NCBI GenBank assembly: GCA_030704615.1
Contig: CM060733.1
Coordinates: 45,074,001-45,138,000, forward strand
DNA: 64,000 nucleotides
Direction of reading: 5' to 3'
Origin: Takakia lepidozioides
Taxonomy: Eukaryota; Plantae; Bryophyta
A program made the position numbers and the translations under genes. Below the pieces are notes generated by a model. That model was given only the letters and a program-made list of their open reading frames with translations, searched no databases and had not been told where the DNA came from. Below, piece after piece: positions 11,978 through 21,088 of the stretch (its first letter is position 1; each line of letters opens with the position of its first letter).

Positions 11978-14900
11978 ATGACGAGGCGTCGTTTGTTGGA
12001 GAACACAGGGCCAAGGCAGCAGGTGAACGCGGAGACTGATTCACAAGAGCAGACGGAGACTGAGGCAGCGGCTGCGACACAGTCGGCGATAAGAGTGCGC
12101 CAGCCTGTGGAGGCAGAGATGAATCGCAGGGACACTGAAGAAGGTGGAAGCACGCGGAACGCCGAACCTGAAGAAGGTCAAGAAACCCTTGCGCAGACAG
12201 AAACTCCAGCAGTTGAGAGGGAAGAGGAAAGCTGCAGAAGGGGATCAAATTTCAAAACCTAAGAAGGTGCCAGTAAGTTTTATCATATAGTCTGTGTGAT
12301 TGCCTTTCAAGGAGTCCTTCCTCTTCCATTCTTTAGCAGGAACTACTGAATCGCGAGCGTCGTTAACGCCATTCGATTCTGCTCATGAGATTTATGTACC
12401 TATGTGTTTGAAGAGAGAGTCTGCACTTACTATTCTCCCTAAACTACACTGAATGTCGTTTGCCGCCAATCAGTTGCACATATATGTCATTACACAACAC
12501 CGATCCGGCAGGTTGTTATCTTTTGTGATTGTCGTTAACGCCGTTCGCTATCGCTCTCACTTTTGTTTTGAATACGGCAGTCTCGGCTTTGCATGTGTAG
12601 ATTGTGCTGAATTCTTTCACACCATTCATGGTGAGTTTCCTTGATACAGAGTGATTGTCGTTACCGCCATTCACTATTTGCAAATCACTTAGTCAGAACT
12701 GAATGGCATCGTGCAGAAAACTGTGAGGTCGAAGCCTACAGGATCAGAGGGGAAAGGATCTGGAGATGGGGACGAGTCCGCAAAAAGCTCAGAGAATACA
12801 GATGAAGCAGATGAATCCGAAGTGCACTACCTTGACAAGGTGAAAGAACTCATGTCATTCCAGAAGGTAAACTCTCAGGAGGTTATAAGGGACATGCTCG
12901 TATCTGGAGGGCGTCTGGACATACCTCTGTGCCGGATGATATCAATGCCTGTTGTGCGTCCACCTCTTTCCCATGACATAACAAAATTGGAGAGTGATTT
13001 TGTGCATGGATATAGACTTGGTGCACAAGTTTTTTATGTGTCACTGACGGATATAAATGGGAAAAGCACATTAGTTTCTCCAGAGATCAGTGATAACTGG
13101 GATGAGTGCTGGAAAGATGCCAATGAGGAGTTCGAGCTGGGCCTCATGATGGGAAAGAACACCCAGCAATTTGCAACCACATGTTCTACGTCTGGGACGG
13201 CAACCACCGATTGCTGGCATGGATGGGATACATTCAGAAACACCATTCGAAAGACAAAGACAAGCATGTTGCTGTGGAGGCAATGGTTTTGGATCCAGGA
13301 AACGACATCGCTAGGCTTCTTACAGCTATGCACGACGTGAACAAGTAAGTCATCCAGGAGATTTGATTCCCTCTGTAGTGTCTTGTTGATCCTCAAAACA
13401 GTGTTAAGGAATGCAATGTTTTTCAATGTTTTTGCAGATCGACAGAGAAATCGCATGTGACAACAAGCTTGGTTCACACACTATTCCGAATTCAGAGGAT
13501 TGGTCTGATGAAGCTGGATGATTTTCGGACAGTACTACCACCCAATATCATCAAGAAGTGCGAAACAGGAAGAGCTGCAGGCACTTGGTATTCTTTGACA
13601 CGAGAGGCGTTTCTGGAGTACATGTATGCGGTAAGCCCGAGTCTGTAATCTGTTTACTTTTCGAATACATGTTTAGAGTCCCTTCGGAGCTAATCACTAC
13701 TTGAATGAATGCAGCAAGAACTGGCAGAGGCAGCTGAGAAGGGAAAATCCGAATATTACCGCACTACACCAGAGGAACTAAGGACATCAAAGGGTGTGGA
13801 AGCTGCAATAAAGAAGGAGTTTGAGATGCGAAGAACCAAATTGATGTCAGCCTTCGGAAAGCAGCTTAGAATAGTAGATCCTGGACTTGGTCCTGAGTTC
13901 CTTCAGCAGATCAAAACACACTATGACAAGCATGTGCATCCGGAGATGCAGCAGGAGAATTGCACCGGCTGGCCATATCGATGGTCGACCCACAAACAAA
14001 AATAAGGTGGCTGGAGATATGGAACTCAGATCAAACAGTAAAGGACTTGAATCAGTTCCCAAAGAGCACCATACAGCCTGGCACAAAGGTGGAAGGAATC
14101 AGTGATTTGGTGTTTGATAACTGGCTCCACAAGGCTACATTTTGGAGTCAGGTGTGTATTCGAACATGCTGTTTTTCTTCTCTTCAAGTATGTGATGTGT
14201 TTCTTTTTTGCAATTCTGACAAATATACTATTTGCAGCTCGAAAAGCGCGCCGTCATTGTGCTGGATCAGACTTTGAAGGACCTGAACATTGCGATTGTT
14301 TCCCCTCCCCAAATGTCATTGGAGGCATACATAAGGAAGTGGAGAGGTCTCACCTGGAGATACTGTTTTTTCCGGGAGTTCTCCAAAGATGGTAACATTT
14401 TACGGTCCAACGACTTTGACAGTCAGGTTGGAGGAGAGTGGGCCATGATGCGAGTTGTGTACAGGTGAAATGTCATACTTGAAACTCTACTGTTTTTTGG
14501 GAAAAATTGTGGCTTCATATGGATTGCAATCTTAGATCCAGATTGAATGTCGTTGACGACATTCACTTCTTTGTCTGAGTCATTCTTAAGCGAGTATATG
14601 AATTCACCTGGTTAGGATCTAAGGGTGCAATTATATTGTCCCTGATTAGAATTGATAATGTCCTTGAATGGCGTTGACGACATTCACATACGGAGTTGTT
14701 GTGTGGTCCTCAAGGTTATTTAAATTTTTGTAATGTCCATAGAGGTTACAATGAGGGTTGATCACTTCATTTTGCTGAATGTCAATGCAGACATTCAGTT
14801 GTTCTGCATTGTTTTTTCCTCTTGCGATGAATATGGAGGCTTGATAAGCTCTGTTTTAAGAAATCCAAAGTGAATGTCGTTGACGACATTCACAGCTGTG

Positions 14901-17280
14901 TCTGTATTATTCAAAAACGACAAATTCAATTTTCATGGATTGGGGAGCTAAGTAATTGGTTTCTTTTTTGTATTTTTGTGAATGGCGTTGACGCCATTCA
15001 CATACAGTGATGTTGTGAGGTCCTCAGTGATAGGTTCGTTATGAATGTGCATTGAGTTTTCCTGGATGGTTCCTTACTCAATTTTTTTATTTCCATCCTG
15101 TGATTTTGCTTCATTTCAGTAATAATTTGGCTTCATTCTTGAATGTCGTTGACGACATTCACTTCTATGTCTGTGTCATTTCTAATCGCTTATTTGCATT
15201 CACCTGGATTAGGATGTATTTACAGTGTCATGGAATGGAATGTTCTGAATGGCGTTGACGACATTCATATCTGGAGCAGTAGTGTGGTCCTGAAAGGTCC
15301 TTGGAGCAGTTGTCAGAGCCATTTCAATCCATGTTTTATTCTTTCTGTTCTACTTGCATCTTACTCACTGAGCGCTTTTGTGGGTTGGGATTCATCTCCT
15401 TTTTTCAGGTACACGAAATATGTGCTTATGGAAGGAAATCACCTGAGCGGAATTCCCGACTATCTTGACATGTGGTCGGACCCTGCAAACGATCCAACCA
15501 TGTATACTGCAGGGATATTGAAGGACTGGAGTCCTTCTCACTTCAGAGACTGTGGGTGGTACCTTGACTGCCCACCTGAGCACACGACCTTTCAAGAACA
15601 GCATATGAAATACTTGAACAATAACGCTGAGATGCTGGCGCCTTTGACTGACGAAGAGTATCAACGAAACATAGCAACCTTGGCTGCCAAGGAGCCTGAT
15701 GCTCAGGGAACGCCGCAGAAGGGAAAGAAGGCGGGCCGCAAACCAAAAGACAAGGCTGTTGATGTCAGCCATCTCACCAGCAAAGCCAAAGGACAAAGAC
15801 AAGTCCAAAGAGAAGGAAAAGGACAAGGGGAAGGAGAATGAAAAGGAGATGGAGAGTGGGCAGGACTTTAGTGCTGGAAGATATACCCGCACTCTTCAGT
15901 GCGTGTTCGATGCCAAGCCACACCCTTCCCGTTCTGATTCAGCAGGAGAGATGAAAATTGTTAATGAGGGTTGGCTTTCGATGATGCAGAGTCGAAAGAG
16001 AGGATACACTGGGGTGCCATCCCCTACCTGGGACAATATAATCTCATTCCTCAATCTGGTGAGAATTCCAGTTTCTTTCCTTTTTCTCTGAATGTTTCGT
16101 TGGCAGTATTTCAGTCTCGTTCTTTGAAAACATTCTTGCCATCGTTCTTATAAAAAACATGTCTGTTGCAGGTGAGCACAGGTCCCACCTTCGTGTGCGG
16201 TGTGCAGAAAACTTATGCGGCCGACATTGTCATTCTCGACATCCCGGATGGCCAGGCTGTGCCAGAAGTTCTTCCAAAGGGCAAGACGCCAGGGTGGAAC
16301 AAATTCGAGGACAACTACTGGAGTTGGGTATTCGGGTTCTGTAACAATTTCCTCTCTGATGCAGGGACACTTCTGCTTTTTCAGTCATGTGACAATGATA
16401 GTCGTCGGGCATTGGCATCATACCTCAAGTCTTCAGGGTTTGAAGTTTTGCGCACATGGAATTGTGTGAACAGCCTCTACCTTGTGAAAGGGGGTTTCCC
16501 TGGTCAGCTGGTATGCCGTCTGCCTTCTGCTTATGCTTTGATCATGAGTTTCAATTTTCTCTGCAGCTCCACTCTAGTAGAATGTTTTATGATCGACACC
16601 GATCATCAACGATTCATGGTTTTTTGGTGTCAGAGTTCTGAATAGCCGATGTACACACTTCCACTTTAGATTGTGTTTACCACACTAACCTGCTATCTTT
16701 GGCAGACGAGGATGTTCGAGGCGATCTGCCTGCGGAGGATTCGCACATCAAAGACACCATCCTCCATCCGCAGCTTTGAGATTTCTGACCAGGGTTGTTT
16801 CGTCAACCCCCCCTATGAGCCCCATGTCGATGACATTTTGTACAACTTCATGCAGTCCAGTCAGACTCTGAAGAGACCAGATGGCACTCCCTGGAGAGGT
16901 GCAAAGGAAAAGTCACCAGCATTCATGCAAATACTGCTGGAGTCATGCAGCCACCGCTCTGCACGGGTGGTCGATCTTTCTGTGTCCACAGGTTCGTTTT
17001 CTCCCTTCCGAATTGGTTTTCCTTTCAACAGTTTCATCTGCTTAAATCCCCTCCTCCAAACTGTTCTGTTCTCCTGTCTGGTGCAGGAGCAACTTACCAC
17101 GCATGCAAGGCAGGCGGAAGAAGCCTTTTTGGTATGGAGGGTGATTCTGACCTCTACAACACAGTGCTCCTCCCCCTTTTGTCTGGCTCCACTTCAGGCA
17201 CACAGACTGATCGGATTCATATTCGAAATGATGACGATCCCGAAGATAAGCAGGTCGACAACGACTTTTCATGTGAGTAA
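11978..17280 (+). CDS. Transposon cargo gene: ParB/Srx-like domain fused to a beta-class N4C/N6A DNA methyltransferase-like domain (9 exons; about 4 single-base frameshifts upstream of the MTase domain)
   Basis: GT-AG exons at about 11978-12272, 12717-13344, 13438-13630, 13715-14151, 14238-14464, 15409-16058, 16172-16510, 16706-16991 and 17087-17280. ParB-like: LDIPLCRMISMPVVRP...ITKLESDFVHGY...FYVWDGNHRLLAW (DGNHR at 13196-13210). MTase motifs in beta order: ADIVILDIPDG (IV), FLSDAGTLLLF (V/VI), KEKSPAFMQILLESCS (X), VVDLSVSTGAT (I), GRSLFGMEGD (II). Confidence 0.8.
12355..12672. repeat. Degenerate palindrome array in intron 1 of the ParB-MTase gene
   Basis: GAGCGTCGTTAACGCCATTC (12355), GAATGTCGTTTGCCGCCAATC (12451), GATTGTCGTTAACGCCGTTC (12527) and GATTGTCGTTACCGCCATTC (12653), with a weaker copy at about 12608. 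Confidence 0.75.
14544..15267. repeat. Array of seven 22-bp palindromes TGAATG(T/G)CGTTGACG(A/C)CATTCA in intron 5 of the ParB-MTase gene
   Basis: Copies start at 14544, 14665, 14776 (variant centre), 14871, 14979, 15140 and 15246. Start-to-start spacing is 95-161 bp. Arms are 10 bp around a central TG. Confidence 0.95.
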
Positions 17281-17734
17281 GTGCTAAACCCTCTTTGGGA
17301 GTCATACTCAATTTCTCGATAACATCAAAGTTACAGTAATAACTTTTTCAGGCTGTCTTTCAGGAAAGCCAGCGGTGGATCTTCAGGAGATACAGTCATT
17401 TCTGGCGAGTCTGTTTTCGACAGCCCCCTTTCCAATTTTCTGCTCCCTGTTTATGCCGAAGCAATGGCACTTCACGCGTCCGAGTCCCTATCCCCTGACT
17501 TTTTAGTGGCCAGCCGTAGGTGTATCCAGCGTGGATCCGGTGTTCTAAAATACTTAGACTTAGATGCAGAGGAAGAGGGGATACATTGTACTGACTCTGA
17601 GTCAGACTGAACTGTATTCTTTTAATATTCATTTTCATATTATCTGGAAAACGTTGAATCCCCTTACTCTACCGTAGTTGTTCCTTTAGAACAAATAATA
17701 ATCACAGAATCAACTTTCGTTTAAATTGCTATAT

Positions 17735-18100
17735 GTATGAATCCATCTCACAAACCTTCCTGACTCTTCTCATATCCATTGTGCATTCATCTACACTGTA
17801 TTCATGCGTGCTCCATTCATGAAAGCTTCCTTTGTACAACATCCATTGTACATTCATCCTCTGTACTCTTTAATCCACCCCACAAACCTTCCACACTCAT
17901 TTCATATACTTTGTGCATTCGTCAAAAGATTTGGTCATGCATCTTCCTGTCATGAATTTTTGTCATTGCTCAACATCCATTATACATTCATCCATTTTAC
18001 TCTTATCCATCCGTCATTCATCCATCTACATAGATTTTTCAAACTCATCCATCTGTTTATCATCCAACTGTACATTCATCCATCATTTATTCAATGCCTT
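17735..18100. repeat. Degenerate CATCC/CATTC-rich subterminal tandem repeat of the MULE
   Basis: AATCCA.C.CACAAACCTTCC..ACTC.T.TCATAT...TTGTGCATTC occurs at about 17740 and 17872, with many ATCCAT/TTCATC units. Confidence 0.55.
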
Positions 18101-18316
18101 TTATTATGTCGTCCAGCTTGTTTCCGCGGTAAAGGGTGCCAATCCGCGGGAATACACTCCACTTCTTTCTGGGTGCGTGGTGACTCGGCCTCCACGTGTG
18201 ATGACGTGGACTGAGCCCCGTGACGTGGCATTTGCGCAAGGTGACGTGGCGTGAGCGCAGTCGCGCTCACGCGCTCACGTGACCAGGCTCACGCCGAGGC
18301 ATCCCTGATTTTCAAC

Positions 18317-19236
18317 GAGATGGTAGTGGTTGAGATGTGATGTTTCAGGAGGTGCATTTGGATGTTTGGGGAGCTTCGGACTGGATCCTGTTCTGTTCAC
18401 ACTCTCCGCAGTTCCCAGACATGTAGTGGCAGAGACGTCCTCCCCTGAACAGTCTCATCGGTGGACATAAATTCTGCAATGTCTACACGCCCCCATGTGC
18501 ATATGCTTCCGCGATTTCCGCTATCGTGTTACCAATGGTTTCTTGCTCCATACGAAGGAGCTCGGACTCGGACACACACCACAAACCGTAAACGCATGCA
18601 ATTTTTCCACATATCGTCCTAAAAAAATAAGCACGTCAGCACAAACGAAGGCGAAAATAGTGGAAGCATATGCACGATGGTGGCTGTAGAGCCCCGCCAG
18701 CCCTCTCATGTTCAGGCATACCCTTCATCGTCATTAAAATCGCCCTAAACAAGAAGAACAGCCGCGTGCGTGCAAAGTCAGCTCCGCAACATTGGACAAC
18801 AAAGAGCCGCAAGAACGAGACAACAAGAACGAGTGGGTGAGTTCGTGGCAGGATGTTACGATCTTCCATGCCCTAAACATAGATGGCGCGGATGGGTTTC
18901 TCAGAATGGACGATCCAGATCCTTCGGCCGGCGCAGACTGGCAGACTGGGGGCAGCAGACGGGCACAACGGACTGTTGGGTGGACTTGCGGGGACTGGCA
19001 CAGCGGACTGGCGTGCACAGGCGGTTTGGCGGACTGAGGGGAACTGGATTCACGGGCTGCAGACTGGCGGGCGGACTGGGGGCGCGGCGGAGCGCGGGCC
19101 GCGGCAGCAGCTGGGCGACTGCGCGCAGGGGGGGGGGAGCCGGGCGTCCGTGCGCGGGGCCCACCGGTCAGCTTGCGCGTGCGCCATAACGTCCCAATTA
19201 TTGTAAAATGAGAGGCCACTCAAACCTATAGACCAT
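18317..19236. mobile_element. Right part and GC-rich terminus of an unclassified outer element
   Basis: GC-rich stretch with repeated (A/G)GACTGG at 18930-19120. Ends CCCAATTATTGTAAAATGAGAGGCCACT...TAGACCAT, a terminus shared with 54777-54815. Confidence 0.55.
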
Positions 19237-19334
19237 CTGATTCATGATAAATCTATGTTAATTTTAAGTTGGAAACAAAATGATCAAAGTGGAACAGCAC
19301 GATATTTCCTATGTTGCAGCTAGACATTCCACTG

Positions 19335-20307
19335 TTAGCATTGGGGAAAGGGTCCGGGAGTTCCAGTCCTCCCTTCAACACAGTGGAGCAGAGGGCCCAC
19401 AAGTTTGCCTTCGCAGATAGCTTCATAAACCTTCTCAATCTCTTGCCTAGGAGAGAGAGTTTTGGTGCCTGAGAGTAGCTGCGTTCCCAACTCAGCTCGG
19501 ACAAAATTATACAGGGAGTAGGTTCAGCAAGCCACAGAAGACAATCCTTTGTCATATGCCTCTCGAGTTGAGGGAATTTCAGTATCCAAGCGTGCCTTCA
19601 ACCCCTCTTCGAATAGTGAAATTCTGTGGAAAACAGAGGTACTCTATGATATCTCATCCTTGGGGATCTTGAGGGCATAATCTATCAAAACTTGCCTCAG
19701 CTTTTCCATGAGGGGGTATGACTTGCTTGATGCATCATCAATGTACGTGAACACTGGCTGCTGATCAACTACCCCCAGAAGCTCCTTTTCACAAAATCGT
19801 GATGGCTATAGTACACTAGTATTGCCTGTGGAGAGTGTTTTCTTGGCCACCTGGATGACTACTTGCTTGACTTCAGCTTGCATTGTCTCTTCAATGTGTC
19901 TAAGGTCAATCGCTTGACAAAGTCCCACCAAGAAGGTTAAGCTCATAAGCTTCAGTATTTCAATGGATTCCTCTATCTTCCTGGCAGAAACCAACCCCAG
20001 AGAATTAACATCCTGATTGTGCTGCTCGGCACTTTGCACATGAGTGGTCACAACTCAAGCCATGGCTATCTCCCCTCCCTTCATGCATAGTCCAAACTTG
20101 GGTTTGGTCCTCCGCTCAGGTTCGAGGGCAGCCCGTTGTTATAGAAATCATTGACTAGCTCTGAAAATTGTGCAAAGATGAGCTGTCCAATTGCAGCAAT
20201 AGCCAAGCGCATATTGTCCATGGAGACACCAATGGGTGTTCCCTGCAAGTTTCCTCCATGAAGGGCTCTGTCCCCAGCAGCATCGATAAGTGGATTGTCA
20301 TTCACTA
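19335..20307 (-). pseudogene. PAL: Phenylalanine ammonia-lyase, 3'-half pseudogene fragment
   Basis: VNDNPLID...[74 protein letters not shown] and SRFCEKELL. It has in-frame stops and a deletion after EIAMA, and the N-half is absent. Confidence 0.95.
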
Positions 20308-21088
20308 AGTTATTTCCCTCTGGATAGCATGTGTTGCAAACCGAATAGTCTCCACCTGACATAAGACACGCACAAAACGAGGCTGGACATGTTACAAGAC
20401 TGGAGACAATGCCAACTCAGGGCATAGTGAATGCATAAGTGAATGAACACTTCCATATTTTACTACCACACTTCGGTCCTCATTGGGTGCATGCTTGAGT
20501 TGGGCCTATGCACAAAGTAAACAGAGAGTTCATGGTGGGTTCAGTCACTGCAGAAAAGCCTCACTTGAGATGGCTACCATCTAAGTACCACCTGCCCTGA
20601 TAGCTCTCATGGCTTCTCCCCTTGCTAGTCTCGCCCATCAAGAGATCATCCAACATATTTCAAAGTGGAAGAGATTTACTGTTTAGAGGTTTTGATTGCT
20701 CATTAAAGATATTTATCTCTCAGCAAGCTGAGCTTGAAATTCTCCCACACATCATTAGTCGCATGATGCATCCCATCACTAAGATCTTACTTGAAACTTG
20801 TGAATATCATTTCCAAGATTTTGAAAGGCTTCTTCAAGTCTGGGTGATTCTTTCAGGTCCTGAATGTGTTTGCAAGACGCTGGAAATAGATCAAGATCTG
20901 GCTAAAAGTCTGAAACAGTCTCCTCTGTGCTTTCTCTTGCACATGATAAACTGTCAAGATGCACACATACATGCAAATAAGAGAGGGGGCCAGGGGGGGG
21001 TTTGCTTGTAAAGCACAACAGAAGCCTTCCACAAAACTCATAACTATTCAGCCAGTAAATAGGTCTATTCAAGGGGGATGTATTACAT

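Larger units (their letters stand above)
6995..18307. mobile_element. Mutator-like (MULE) DNA transposon, 11.3 kb, carrying a transposase and a ParB-methyltransferase cargo gene
   Basis: TSD ATTTTCAAG (6986-6994) and ATTTTCAAC (18308-18316). Imperfect TIRs: left CAACGACGCAATGGCGTGAGCGTTGCACGTGAGCGCGCGAGCG versus the reverse complement of the right end, CAGGGATGCCTCGGCGTGAGCCTGGTCACGTGAGCGCGTGAGCG. Internal DDE/SWIM transposase. Confidence 0.88.

Noticed and set aside
14544-15267. CRISPR array interpretation of the spaced palindromes
   Set aside because: The spacers are long (about 75-140 bp), unequal and homologous to one another. There are no cas genes, and the array lies in a spliceosomal intron.
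16800-16820. NPPY as the catalytic motif IV of the methyltransferase
   Set aside because: It lies after motifs V/VI in the variable region. The position and preceding hydrophobic strand of ADIVILDIPDG fit beta-class motif IV better. A structural model is needed to settle it.
20330-21010. Possible decayed SWIM/MULE or other coding remnant
   Set aside because: Only a vague Cys pattern with many stops; cannot be supported.
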